NCBI RefSeq assembly: GCF_004010195.1
Contig: NC_057751.1
Coordinates: 1,742,494-1,806,493, forward strand
DNA from: Chiloscyllium plagiosum
Lineage: Eukaryota
Length of the DNA stretch: 64,000 nt
Direction of reading: 5' to 3'
Part shown: positions 13,226-26,022 of the stretch, piece by piece
Layout of the letters: each line of letters starts with the position of its first letter
Position numbering within the stretch: position 1 is the first letter of the stretch
Notes under the pieces: generated by a model
Told to the model about the DNA's origin: nothing
What the model saw: only the letters and a program-made list of their open reading frames with translations
Database searches by the model: none
Program-made: the position numbers and the translations under genes

Positions 13226-13466
13226 CTCGTTCATTAAGCCTTCTGTTGTCGCATGAACTCTGGCCACAAGATGGCTGCCATCAACCATCAGATTCTGATA
13301 AAGCTGACATGCGTAGAAAGAAGAATAAAGAACTATAGTGCCCAATGCATCCTCAGCATTTCTCAAAGCTCTTTCATCCACATGCAGGAATGAAATCGAG
13401 ATAGACTTTATTGGTCTTCTGACAGCAAACAGGCTTGCTCCCCTGGGTTCATTAGGTGAGTGCTGC
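13226..13466 (-). pseudogene. Exon Q (241 nt, phase 2-0, open): QHSPNEPRGASLFAVRRPIKSISISFLHVDERALRNAEDALGTIVLYSSFYACQLYQNLMVDGSHLVARVHATTEGLMNE
   Basis: Acceptor ctcttgtttcctccatctctcaag|GCA, donor GAG|GTATGG; inside ORF 13214..13540. Confidence 0.8.
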
Positions 13467-14356
13467 CTTGAGAGATGGAGGAAACAAGAGAGGAATATTT
13501 CTGTCAAGTGTAATCTACTTTGATTAATGTTGAAAGCCATTTAAGGGGCATTGAATTTCATTCTCTGAAAAAAAATGGTTGTGGGATCTGATTGATGGAA
13601 TGCATTTTGTGCTCCAGCTTCCTCTACTTGTACAATTCAGCACTGACTAAATCATGGATGGGGCTGGAGGGAAACATTTTCAGACAAACCTGAAAACCTT
13701 TTGGTTCATTGGTTTTTAATTTTTTGACCTTGCTGAAGTTTGAGTTCACCAATTAATTTTGCAATACCATCCTAATTCGGGACTGTTCTGATTAAAGCAT
13801 TTGTTCCCAATGTTTGTAGCCCTAACAGCGACCTCCACACTCGCACTCAATATATTTATAAGATGACTGAAGGCTCAATTAATCCACAAACTGTTTCAAT
13901 CAACTGTTTCACCCTCACGATGACAGAATTTTTAAAATCCTCTATAATCAACACAATACAGTACCAGCTTGCTTCAAAATATCACCAGATGTTTCATATA
14001 CAATGATAGTGTTTCCAATCAAAGTTACTGATTAATCAGCAAGTACACAGACTATTTGTTACACAAAGAGATCCCAGAAACAAAAAAATGCAATTAATAA
14101 CGTCTATATGTTGCACAGTGATAGCTGAGCGAAGAAAGATTGGCTGAGGTACTGCTGGAATTTCTAGCTATCTTTCAGTAATGCACTGGCCTTTTTATCA
14201 TCCATCAGATTGGACTGGGACCTGGAATGCTGTCTTTAGCTGGCAGGCCGTTGAGGCTCCAACATGTTGGTCTAAATGACAGGGTGGAATCCACCCTCCT
14301 GGGCACTGCTATCAAGTTTGGAGTGCAGTGAATATAACAAGGTCAGCCGGGGTGGA

Positions 14357-14559
14357 TGTCATAGAATCTGAGTTCTTCGATTGGAGCTGTTAAACCTGAT
14401 TCAATCAGGGAGCCCTGGCTGACAGATAGAAACAGGACTGTCAGGGACTCTGTTCACTCTGAGTTGGCTCTGAGGGAGCTGGATCAGTGTCAAAGACTGT
14501 CCACATGTAAATAAAGGGGGACTTGGTGATAGGGTACCGGCCTCTGTGGAGTTATTTCA
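14357..14559 (+). mobile_element. Short solo LTR
   Basis: TGTCA...TTTCA ends, AATAAA at ~14510, flanks TGGA/TGAA (near 4-bp TSD). Confidence 0.55.
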
Positions 14560-14769
14560 TGAAGGATTGGCAAAATGATGTTTTTCCATAATCATGCCCA
14601 CTGGAGAACAATTCCCTTCCATAATTTATGCATGCAGTAAATTCTCCTCCAACTCTCTGAAACACTGCCAGTCAGATTTCTGCACAAAATGTATCATCCC
14701 AAGTATTTTATTCCTTTTTGAAACAGTTGGAGCATGATTTTAAACTTGTCTACAAACTTTGTTGTACCT

Positions 14770-15048
14770 TTAGATATAAAAGATATAAAAGACACCTGAG
14801 GGGCAACCTTTTCACGCAGAGGGTGGTACGTGTATGGAATGAGCTGCCAGAGGAAGTGGTAGAGGCTGGTACAATTGCAACATTTAAAAGGCATCCTGAT
14901 GGGGAGATGAATAGGAAGGGAATACAGAGATATGGGCCGGGTGCTGGCAGGTGGGACTAGATTGGGTTAGGGTATCTGGTCAGCATGGATGGGTTGGACC
15001 TAAGGATTTGTTTCCATGATGTACATCTCTGTGACTCTATGACTCTAT
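14770..15048 (+). mobile_element. CR1/HER1-like LINE 3' end
   Basis: NLFTQRVVRVWNELPEEVV; (GACTCTAT)n tail. Confidence 0.9.
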
Positions 15049-15213
15049 GCCAGTGAAGCAGCTCTCTGTGCCTCACAGCACTGTTGCCACAAATGTGGTC
15101 TGGAAAGCTTTTGAGCAAATCCTGGACTCACCACTCGACTGTTTATGACAGAAGCAATTCAAGCCCATTGCAGGCAATCCAGTCAGCAGCAGAGAGGCAA
15201 TTCACCAGCTTAC

Positions 15214-15343
15214 AGAGAGAAAGTTGATCCTGTTGCTCTCGTCACTGCTGTTAAATGTAACTTTCACGAAGGCCGCCTTTCTCTTGATGGTAACCAACTG
15301 AGGCCGAATGCCTTCAATATGACAAATGTGACGGTCCCGTGGA
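15214..15343 (-). pseudogene. Exon P (130 nt, phase 1-2; 1 TGA): HGTVTFVILKAFGLSWLPSRERRPS*KLHLTAVTRATGSTFS (start of C2-like segment)
   Basis: Strong acceptor ctttgtgttttcag|TCC, donor TCT|GTAAGC; an alternative frame (PRDRHICH...) is open. Confidence 0.75.
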
Positions 15344-17001
15344 CTGAAAACACAAAGTTGAAAGATGCAAGCAATGTTTGCAAACAGGTCAGAGAGTGCC
15401 CAGTTCCCAATGAAACAAACATGGCCAGATGTGAACCCTTCTGTCTGTGGTGACCACTGAACTTTAGAGATTTGCACCCATGTTAAAATAATACAAAATG
15501 ATAACAAAAACTGAGCTGGTACCTAGAATCTGCTTCAAATCCTCAAGCTTCGTGGCTTGATAAACATGAAAATTCGTTGAATACTTCTTACAGTAATGTT
15601 TAAGGAAGTTTGTGAGCACAGAGCATCACATTTAATATTGTTTTTGGTTCGACATTTTACCATCCTATTGCAAGTTAGAAAATTCCAAATCCCACATGTG
15701 ATTTGGTCGCAGTGCAGATGACTCTTAACTGCCCTTGGGCAATTAAAAAATGATAAAAATACTGCCAAAAAAAGTGAAGCCCACATCCCATAAAATAATA
15801 AAATAAATTACCTGAGGAGATCACAGTGAAATTCTTTTTGACTGACAGTTACCATTATAAAGAAGAGAGTTTGGCTGCCAGGATATATTCAGAAAACTCC
15901 CACAAATGGCAATGACCATGTCTCTGTTTATTGCAATGACGCTGGCAGAGGGGTCAACATTTGCCAGGGAAGAAATTGCCCATTCTTCTTCAAATAGTGA
16001 CTGTGGGATGATCTTTGCCGTGCATGTAAGATGTGAATCAAGTTGAAAGTCTTCTCTGAAAGATGGCAAATTTCAATCAGGCAGCACTCTCACAGGAGCA
16101 GCTACAGTTGTGTGCATGAATCTCTACAGTGGGCAATTGTATCATATATTTTGAACTCAGAGGCGAGAGTATAACACGTGCTTCGAGATGGGTCAGGCAG
16201 GATTGGTGAAGAGAGAAACAGAATTAATGTTTCAGGTCAATGATTCACATGATCACTTCTGGTCAATGTTGGGCTGAAGTTAATGTCTGGGAGAGCCAGC
16301 AAGAGCCCTCCTTGTTAACCTGGCAGGTCTTTGTAAAAGGACGTACCACTCAGACAGTAAGCTGGGCTCAGGGTATTAATTCCCTACTTCAGGTGCTCAG
16401 TTGATAGTGGGGCAGAAGTTCATCTACAAGCAGTCCTCTCCTTAAGAGTGGCAGAGGTGGCAAGATGGGGATCTCACCCCCACTGCATGCACCCTTTCCC
16501 CCCTTGCTTAAAACCCACCTTGGCAGGGGCATGACATTCCTGCATTGATTTGTTTCTCCATTCCCAGAGGCTGTCTGATCTACTGAGAGTGACAAGTGTA
16601 TTCTCTTTTAATTTCAGATTCCCAGCATGTGTGGTATTTGGCTTTTGTAGTGTGTCATGATTTGCAGAGACCAGGCAGACAAAACCCTTTGTCATAAGTT
16701 GCTGAATAGATAGTTTATTGTTTTTGTTTTTGTTTAATCCTGGAATTAGGCCTTGTCGCCATTTCCCTGAATGGCTCTGACTTCACTCGAAATAAACCAA
16801 CCCAAGCAGTTTCTAATTCCTTCCTGTCCTCAGTGAAAAGAGGCTGGAGGACCACTGTGCGGATGTAAACAAATTCAGTAAATAATCAGCACAGTCAAAC
16901 CAGATTTCCCCTAATTAGATTCCAATCCCATATACTTAATGTATTCGTCACTTAATACTTTGGAGGCAATTACCAGGGAAAAAAAAATGCCATTAGCTGA
17001 C

Positions 17002-17211
17002 CTCTCTCAGTCAGATGAAAAGATCAAATACATCAATATTTAACAACAGACTTTGTGCCCACTGCAGTGACATCAACTGTGTCATTAAAGTCTGCAGTGA
17101 CTCTTCTAATGTTGGTCAAAACTTTGGTGAAAGATTGTGGAGAATACTGTGAAAAATCATCAAGTGCCATTTCCTTTGGTATCCCATAAGATGATGCCAA
17201 GGGAGTGGAAA
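17002..17211 (-). pseudogene. Exon O (210 nt, phase 1-1; 2 TGA): STPLASSYGIPKEMALDDFSQYSPQSFTKVLTNIRRVTADFNDTVDVTAVGTKSVVKY*CI*SFHLTER
   Basis: Acceptor ccttttccttcag|TTT, donor GAG|GTCAGC. Confidence 0.6.
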
Positions 17212-18585
17212 CTGAAGGAAAAGGTCCAGGTAAACTCCAGCTCACTGTGATTTCCACCTGCACCGTTAAAGGATGTACATACCCATGGGAGTTTCTCCTC
17301 TCTCAGTATAAATTTGTTTTTATTCTGGACACTAAGCTGACGCAATGAGGCTGATGTGCCTGAAATTGGACTCAGGGCCTCATTGTACCAGATGGGGCAA
17401 GATCTACTTGAGGTTCCCTTCCTTGTCCAATGCAGTCCCTAGTGCACATGTATTCAGGTCAACTCCCTGTTCTACTAACAGAATGCTTCTGTACTTCAAT
17501 GCTGTACCTCAGGCTGAACCAACAACTCTCACTGTAATGTTGCAGTGAGGACACTGGCAACTCAGGGGTACATGCTCAGTTCATTGACTGGACCAGTCTG
17601 CATCTCTGGACTCTTCCTTTCACTCTGAGCCTACCTGGATGCTCACAGCAACCCTGCCTTGCATTATCGTGGGTTGCCTATTTGCATATTGACCCCTCAA
17701 CCAGAAATACCAGGCTAATATTATTATCTTGTGCATTTAGTGTAAATGCAAAGCCAGGAACCATGGCCTAGTTGTCAGCGGGGCTGCAGTCCAGTCAAGA
17801 GGATCGTTTTTGCTGAATAATAAGTGAAGGGCAGCCTTCCAATATCAGTCCAGGCCCTGCTCAGGGAGTGCAGAATCAGAATCCTCTGCTAATAAAGGGT
17901 GAAGTGTGCTCAGGCCCTAGTGTGGGATGTTCAGCTCCTTGGATGATCTCATGTGAGATAGAGGTGGGTGGGGCAGGTGGGGAGGTGCTCTGAGCAGCAC
18001 AGAGGGGATGGCAGGATTTGTGGTGTCAGGGATGAGGGTGGGTGACAATGAGTGAGGAAAGATATTGCAGGCAATAGAGAGGATGATAGACAATGAGCCC
18101 TAGGATGCTGACACTTGGAACAGGTTTCTCAGATGCTTTTGGGGGTACATGGCATGCTCCTGTGAAAATTAAAGATTGCACCCCTCTCTTGCTTCTGCAC
18201 AAAGTCAATGAGAATCAATTTCATGTGTTGGAAAAGTGAAGAAACATTTTAAAGTCAGTGTGTAAAGGTCCTAGTGGAGGACGATGTAAAATATACCCCA
18301 CATGAAGAGGATTGAAACTTAATTGGGTGGGTTATTTTGTTTGAAGATGCGAAACTGTGCACAACAAAATCTAGCCCACCGGTTAACACATCTGGTCTCT
18401 GGGACTGTAGCTCTCATTCGCCTGATGAGTATATTCATTACATACTGTTTGCACAGTAAATTTTGAGGATTTACCAAAACAAAAGCCTCTCTACTCGATA
18501 ACCGGCCTCCTGCAAATGGCAAACACTAGCTGCTGCAATCTTTCATATCACTTCTTTCAATCTAAAATTAATGGTTACAATGCAC

Positions 18586-18760
18586 CTCCTTCAGAATGAA
18601 CATTACATGGCAGCTTGCCAAATACAATCTCAAATCTCCAAAAAACGAGAAATTTATCATCCTGATCAGCAAGCATTCCTTCTGAGAAAGTACACATGGC
18701 CATGCCAGAGAGATGCTGAACAGTGCAGCAGTGAGCTATCCCAGGCCTCACTACAATAAC
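18586..18760 (-). pseudogene. Exon N (175 nt, phase 0-1, open): VIVVRPGIAHCCTVQHLSGMAMCTFSEGMLADQDDKFLVFWRFEIVFGKLPCNVHSEG
   Basis: Acceptor catctgcag|GTT, donor GAG|GTGCAT; inside ORF 18575..18919. Confidence 0.6.
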
Positions 18761-20286
18761 CTGCAGATGTGGCTTGCTGGTGAGAGTCTGATGAAAAACA
18801 GCCCAATTTACCATGACTTCAATTGGCTGGACAACCAGACGGTGTGGAATAGAATTTGGTAACAAAATGTCAGTCAGGGACAGATAATAAATCAAACCAA
18901 AAATACCAAACAATAGCATGATGGGAAGGTAGAGAAAAAAAAGGATACTTTAGGAAAGCTGTTGCAAGGTAGCTGCCGGACTTTAAAAGCTTTCTCAAGC
19001 ACTTGGATTACATAATTTAACGAATATACTTACCCTTAGTCTCTGTAGAAAACTTCTTACATCTCTAAGCTTGCCAGCTCTTGCATCAGTCATTGAGCTG
19101 AAACATTCATTGTCTTTCTCTCTATAGTTACTGCTCTCAGACTTGCTGAGTTTCTCCAGCACTATCTCAGTTTATGTTGGATTTCCAGCATGTGCAGTTT
19201 TTAATGATGTGCAATGCATTTGTTTTGCACGGTTGAGATAACCTGAGTTATGTTGCCCTGTTGATGAAAGGTATTAAACAGTGGTTAGCCATCTCAAACA
19301 AAGCTGAGTTCATTCCCTTATCTAGAAGGTTGAGCTACGGAAGCATCTTTGGTCATCAAATGCTTTGAAATCTGGTCATTTTAGAAAGCACACTTTACCT
19401 TTGCAAAGCATTTTGTGAGTCACCATCCATAGCTGCATGCACAAATACCCCACCTCAGATTGAATTGTTAAAAACCACAGGTCAAATGTCAGTTCAAATA
19501 AAAGGTGCATGGTTTTCTGATACGAGTTTATTTATTTCCTCATTAACCTCTTCAGTGATGTTATCACAGACTCTGGAGCAGGTGGAACTTGAACACTGGC
19601 CTTATTTCAATTCTCACACTAAAAAACTCAAATTCTAGTGATTACTTATCCCCATATAAACATCTATCCAGGCAAGTGCTCACTGATGGCTCTCAGCTAA
19701 GTGAGAGTGTCACCAACGGAGACCTCAGGCATCCCTGCCATGTCCAAGTAAATGACAAGAAGAAGGAAGACACCTCTGATTTTCACCATGTCTGACAAAC
19801 TTCCCAGCCCTTTCTCTTCACTGCTGATCTGAACAAGGCCTGGAAATCCATGGGGCATTGCAAATTCAGGATTGAGGTCCTTTGCGGTTCAATTGATCAC
19901 AAACAGGTTTTCAGGTGAAAGCTGTTCTGCCCATGAGCACCAGGTACTGAATAACCCACGCAGTAAATTATCAAGGGGCTGATCAGAGACACTTGATCTT
20001 TTACCCCGAACCAATCAACAGTAAAAATCCTCCCCATTTCTCTTTTAGTTTCAATATTAGATGCAGAGAAAAGCCAATTGTTTACAAAAAGCCAGTGAGC
20101 TATTGTCTTGGTGTTGCTAGTCAGACTCCAACAGATCAATTTGTTGAAAGGTTTGCAATGTGATTGTTTCTCTGAACTATTAAAATGCACAAACTTGCAG
20201 ACCGAATGGAAGACACTTTGGGTGAATTTTGTTCTCTCCAAGACAATCAAATAAGAGAATGAGAAACTGCTGCAGACATTTATTTT

Positions 20287-20618
20287 AGACTCCCTGCAGT
20301 GCAGAACCAGGCCATTCAGCCAACAAGTCCACACCGACCCTCTGAACAGTAACCCACATGGCTCCATTCCCCTCCTCTGTTATCCTATATTTACCCCAGA
20401 CTAATGCACCGAACCTACACATCCCTGAAGTAATGTGACCAATTCACCTAACCTGCATGTCTTTGAATCGTGGGAGGAAACTGGACCACCCAGGGGAAAC
20501 CCATGCAGACACGGGGAGAATGTGCAAACTCCACACAGAGAGTTGCCTGAGGCTGGAATCGAACCTGGGTCCCTGGTGCTGTGAGGCGGCAGTGGTAACT
20601 TGTGAGCCACCGTGCCAT
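20287..20618 (-). mobile_element. HE1-type tRNA-derived SINE
   Basis: Reverse complement of the 20769 copy; B-box GGTTCGATTCC. Confidence 0.9.
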
Positions 20619-20768
20619 CCATCAACACATGCTGAATGATAGAAATGATAAATACTTTCAGATGGCTTGGTACTTCAGAAAAAACCCTCTTTTGTCTTCA
20701 GAGGGAACCTGCTCCCAAAGGCATGAAAGAAGTATGAGGCAGTATTTCATTTTAGCTTCTGACTTCTG

Positions 20769-21090
20769 TGGGCGGCACGGTGGCACAGTGGTTAACACTG
20801 CTGCCTCACAGCGCCAGAGATCCGGGTTCAATTCCCGACTCAGGCGACTGACTGTGTGGAGTTTGCACATTCTCCCCGTGTCTGCGTGGGTTTCCTCCGG
20901 GTGCTCCGGTTTCCTCCCACAGTCACAAAGATGTGCAGGGTCAGGTGAATTGGCCATGCTAAATTACCCGTAGTGTTAGGTAAGGGGTAAATGTAGGGGT
21001 ATGGGTGGGTTCGCTTCGGCGGGTCGGTGTGGACTTGTTGGGCCGAAGGGCCTGTTTCCACACTGTAATGTAATCTGTAATCTGTAATCT
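20769..21090 (+). mobile_element. HE1-type tRNA-derived SINE
   Basis: A-box TGGCACAGTGG, B-box GGTTCAATTCC, LINE-like tail, (TGTAATC)n end. Confidence 0.92.
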
Positions 21091-21661
21091 TAGAAGATAG
21101 TGAAGGAGGTTTCTCCATCACAGACATTGCTCATGTGATATTCCATCAGAGATTCAAGTAAACAACGTAGGAATGAGCTTTAAAGACAAGACTGTGGAGG
21201 GTTTATGTTTTGCACAAGTCAAGTGTTGCATCACTGTTTCATGGTTGTAATCTCTTGCATTTGTATAATTGACTCACTTACAAAAAAACTAAAGTGAACA
21301 GGAGGACCTTTTGAACATCCTGCGCAATTAATTGGATTGAAATACTATAATGAAGACTGCAATTTTCAGCAGGTTGAAATCGCAGGTGAAATGGTGGAAA
21401 GTGTTCTTTGTTCAAGTTAAAAGAGTTGGGAGGAAAGCCAGAATGGAAGACTTGGCAACAAGGAAAGATTGAAGAAGTAATGATACCTTAAACAGGAATG
21501 TCCGATTCTGCAGCAAAACTAAATTAAAAGCAGAATTTTCATTTGTTTTCCATTACTAGTACTGTGCCAAACAACTCGACTACCTAATAAATATTGTTTT
21601 ATCTTACTGGATGGCTGGTGTATAAATCGTAAGGATCAATACAATTCTGCACAAAGTTTAC

Positions 21662-21834
21662 GAACAGGAAAGAATGGAGGATTTTTCTTGTGTATGGAAG
21701 CAATAGTTTGCAGGGGTTAAATTCAGGTCTTCAGTCTCTGTAAATCCACGTCCTGTAGTTATCTTCCAGCCGAACCATATGTTCTCCATCAACGCTCAGA
21801 TGGTAAATTTGTTTTTGTCTCTAAAGGCACGACT
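21662..21834 (-). pseudogene. Exon M (173 nt, phase 1-0; TAG,TGA): SCL*RQKQIYHLSVDGEHMVRLEDNYRTWIYRD*RPEFNPCKLLLPYTRKILHSFLF
   Basis: Acceptor cttaatttcag|AGT, donor TTC|GTAAAC. Confidence 0.5.
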
Positions 21835-22574
21835 CTGAAATTAAGAATCGGCACTTGGCACACTGGTTTATATTCAACTTATTCAATTAGTCCAGATAAT
21901 TAAAGCAATGTAAGTGCACAGCTTCCCAGCTCGGGCTCACAGAGATCTAGCATCTTCCTGATAATAACTTTAAGTTCATAATACAAAGTCTTACTGAAAA
22001 CTCGGACTGGATGGGAAAAGGGTTTTGGCACGTTTTCCCTTATACTGGATTTGATTGGGCTTGAGCAAAGACATGGGAACTACATCACTTATGAGAAAGA
22101 GGACAGTATGGGGAGGGGAAAATGAGGAGCAAGAAGGGAGGGAGCCAGTATTTGTCTTGTGCAAAATGGCACAATATAACCATTACAGAAATCTGAAATA
22201 AAACCACAAACTGAAAAACAAAGCTGCAGAATTCAGGAGAGCAAAACAGTCAAATTATGTTCTCGATCTGAAGAAAGGTCTTTATCTGAGAAACCACCCA
22301 GAGAAATGTCGGTTCTTCTTGGCCATTTACATTTCAGTGGTGAATTAAACATGGTACATGTCAGTTTCTGAGAGCAAAGAATTACTCAAAATCTACCTTG
22401 GTGGCATAATTACCAACATATTCATCAACTTTGTACTTCAGCAACTCTGGCTACTAATATAACAAAGACAACTCCTCGGTCAGTCTCAGGAATTTTCAAT
22501 GAAATATATGATCAATGCAGTGGTGCTTGCATTGTGAAAGATATAACTATCTTCCCAGTTAACCAGATACAAAG

Positions 22575-23450
22575 GTAAGTCAACAATAAGTTGTAAAGAG
22601 GACAAAAAGAAGAAGCAATAAGATATGAAGAGGATAAGAGTGTGGGCAAAGATCTGGGAGAAAGGGTATAATATGGGAAAATGTGTAATTGTCCATGCTG
22701 GAAGGAAGAATTAAAAGAGTAATATCTTGTCTAAATGGTGAGAGATTGCAAAGCTCTGAGATGCAGAGATGTAGGGTGTCCTCATGCATGAATCAGACAA
22801 GGTTCTTATGCAGCTATAACAAGCAAGGACAGACAATAGAATGGTATTGTGAATTATTGTGAGGGGAATTGAATATAAAGGTTGTGAGGTGGTACTTCCA
22901 TTCCACAGGACACTGGTGAGACCACATCTGGAGGAGTGTGCACTTGGTCTCCTTATTAAGGAAGTATGTGAATGTACTGGAAGCATTTCATGTAAGGTTT
23001 GCCAGGTTCAGATCTACAATGAGAGTGTTGTCAGATACAGAAAGGTTGGACAGGCGAGACTTGTACCTGTTGGAACTTAACAGAATGAGGGACAACTTGA
23101 GTGAAGTGCATGATATCCTGAGAGGTCTTCACAGGGGTGATGTGACAAAGACCTTACTTTTTACAGAAGAATCCTGAACTATGGATTGCATGACTAATGC
23201 AGAGATGAAGCAACTTTATTTATCCCAGAGAGTCAAAAGTCTTTAGAATACTCTTCCTGGGACAAATTTGGAAGCAGAGTCCTTGAATATTTTGAATGCA
23301 GAGATGGAGAGATTCTTGCGAAAGATGGAGCTGAAATGTTATCAGATGTAGCCAGGAATATGGATTTGAGGTTACAAGCAGATCAATCATGATCCTAGTC
23401 AATGGCAGAGTAGGGTCAAGGGGCTGAATGGCCTACTCTTCTTCCATATG
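22575..23450 (+). mobile_element. Decayed CR1-clade LINE 3' part
   Basis: RGIEYK...RTLVRPHLEEC; tail gggctgaatggcctactc. Confidence 0.85.
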
Positions 23451-24644
23451 CAAAGGTTTGTATTGTTCGCATTGTTTTTGCTTTGACAATACAATGAAAG
23501 ACCTCCCATGTTGATAAACCAAGGAATGATGAAGGCAAGTGATAGTTGTTGTTGCAAAAGTCTGGGCGGGTAAGAATAAGGAAGCTTGGATGCCATTGTA
23601 CTGAGCAAAGGAGGAATGGGAAAGAAATGTCAGAAGAAAAGAATATCATTAGAACAGGATTTTACGTGGTAGGTTTGAAAGAATGCCCGAATAAAGAGAT
23701 CACAGGTTCAGGAATTCCAGAGTTTGGGGCTGAGACATCTGGAGACATAGTCATCAACATGGAGCCATGGAAACCCGGGGATGTTAAAGACACCAGAATT
23801 GGAGGAGGGGAGAGATTGCCCTCATGGATGCTGTTTGAAGTGCTGAGTATGTGCAACATTTTCTGATGATTCACTATTTTCTTTCCAATTTATCAAGCCT
23901 CCGTCATGTTCCACTTGGTCATACAACTGGAAGAATGAGTAACTTATTACTCGGAGTCAACATAAATTGCACCATCCTCCTTCTATTCAAAGAAACCTTG
24001 ATGTCTCCTATTCATTGATTTCTTTTCATTTTGAACTGGATTCCCAAGAGAAAGAGAAACCACAAGACAAGATCTTTGGCCCTCTCTTAATAACTGAGTA
24101 AAAGATTCTGCCTACATGTGATTTTAACTCATCACAAACCAGAGAAGCTGCTGGTGATCTTGCTTTGTAATGACTGGCACACTATTATATGGTTTGTTCA
24201 ACTCATTTATTTGACAGCATAGTGGGTGAGAGCTCCAGGGGTGATGAAATGTGAGTCCCAATCCAGATGGTGACGTGCAAAACTAGATGCAAATCCTTTT
24301 CTTGATAATTGGTTTTGTCACAGAATGAAGCATGATATTTGTGTCTATGTAGCACTTAGGGCTAAAGGGATGAAAGAGGATGGGGGAAAATAGGGAACAG
24401 GCTGTTGAGTTGATGATCAGCCATGATCATAATGTTTGGTGAAGTAGTCCTACATGGCTCAATGGCCAAACTCTTACCCCTATTTCTTATGTATAACAAA
24501 AACAGAAAGTGCTGGGGAATCTCAGCAAGTCCACCAGCATGGCTGCAAACATGCTTGTCTTGCTGCAATTAAACGTTAAACAGTCTTGAGTTCTGCTTAT
24601 TTACAGTAACCGGTTTCAGGGAACATTAAGAAAGCTCCACTTTA

Positions 24645-24776
24645 GGGTGTAGGTTTGCTCGCTGAGCTGTAGGTTTGATATCCAGACGTTTCATTACCTG
24701 GCTACAAACCTACAGCTCAGCGAGCAAACCTACACTCTAAACCACAACCTGAGCTACAAACCTTCACAAACCTTGC
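24645..24776. mobile_element. Inverted-arm PLE-derived mini-element with 14-bp TSD
   Basis: AAAGCTCCACTTTA at 24631-24644 and 24777-24790; arms match the PLE end at 4385-4430. Confidence 0.85.
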
Positions 24777-25117
24777 AAAGCTCCACTTTATTAAGGAAAT
24801 ACAATTGACTTCACAAAGTACAACATTCGTGCCATCGTAAAACAACATATTAGTGACGCACCATCAACAACACAGCGATATTACATGACACAAGTTTGCA
24901 TTGCCTCTGACAACAATAATGGAGAAGTGAAATTTCATTCAAATCATTTTGCATAGGCATGCATTTCAAAGGAAATTCAGCTGTCAAAATGTTTATGCAG
25001 AATGTGTGCTGAGCCTCACTTACCTTGGTCCTGTCCTTTCCCTTTCAATAGCTATTGCATTCAGTCAATACCTTCAAGTATTTTCACCAGAATGACTTCA
25101 GTCTGTTCCTCGTTTAC

Positions 25118-25423
25118 TGTGATCAGTTGAGATGGGGTAATCCATCAGTGAACCTGAAGCAGGCTGCACTGTGTGCCTGGAATGGACATCATTAGAAGCA
25201 AAGTTAATTAATGTAAATGACTTGTCAGGAGAAGACAGAAAGGCTATCCATTCATTAGTGACAGAGATACTCTTGAGATGCCGTGAAGTATTTTGCCATT
25301 TTAATAATGAGACTGCACCAAAGGAGTCTATTATATTTGCTTGTTCAGTTGCCACAATCAAGAAATTGGGCAAGACTGGATTAATTGGAGGTCACCCAGT
25401 GATCTGGCTCTCAGATAATACAT
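25118..25423 (-). pseudogene. Exon L (306 nt, phase 1-1; 1 TGA): VLSESQITG*PPINPVLPNFLIVATEQANIIDSFGAVSLLKWQNTSRHLKSISVTNEWIAF...YPISTDH
   Basis: Acceptor ttctaatttgcag|ATG, donor ACA|GTAAAC; includes most of ORF 25098..25373. Confidence 0.7.
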
Positions 25424-26022
25424 CTGCAAATTAGAACAAGATGTAGATTGGCCATCGAATGTGTGAAATGTCTGTCGAACCCGAGGACATGATCTTTTCC
25501 TGAGGCAGTTTAACACAAAAATCACCTTCATGAGCAATACTTTGGTGAGTTAAGTGGTCCATCTATGGAATAGATTTGCAACAAAGATGGTGGAAAGAGC
25601 AAATCTTGATTTATTGAAATGCTTTCAGTCATTGAGTCATCATGACAAAGAAGAAATTCACTCTAGCCATTGAATCCATATTGGCTCCTGGAAGATCAAC
25701 CAAGTCACTTCCATTGCCTTGCTCAATGTCTGTATTTGTTAAAGTTTCCTGCCATCAAGTGCCCACCCTAACCCTATCCATCTCTAACCTGACCCAACCC
25801 TAACTTTCCAGTTCCTTTGGGAATTATTAATTGTTTCTGCTTCCACCATCTTCATAGGTCATGAGTTCCAGCTCATTATCACTTAACATATAAGAAGCTC
25901 TTTCTCACTTGACCCCTGCATCTCTTGCCAAAAGTCTTAAATCTAGCTGCTTTTGTACTGAAATCATCAGCCAGTGGAAATAGCTTTTCTTGCCCACCAT
26001 GTACACACCTTTATTAATCATA

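Noticed and set aside
6670..13466. Weak resemblance to DNAAF9/C20orf194 (LGTIVLYSSF vs LGSVVFSESF; CSWL)
   Set aside because: Spacing is about 200 aa versus about 20 aa from memory and no other exon matches; no gene symbol assigned.
8818..15343. Fully open alternative frames in exons P, R and S suggesting an intact gene
   Set aside because: They need extra unseen exons or weaker acceptors to join, and exons such as C, K and M have stops in all frames. Not formally excluded.
20769..20840. tRNA genes at SINE heads
   Set aside because: A/B boxes continue into the HE1 SINE body and tail; not standalone tRNAs.
6595..25434. Plus-strand ORFs 6595..6825, 8781..9011, 13338..13523, 15145..15453 and 25171..25434 as genes
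   Set aside because: They are antisense shadows of minus-strand exons; the stronger splice signals are on the minus strand.
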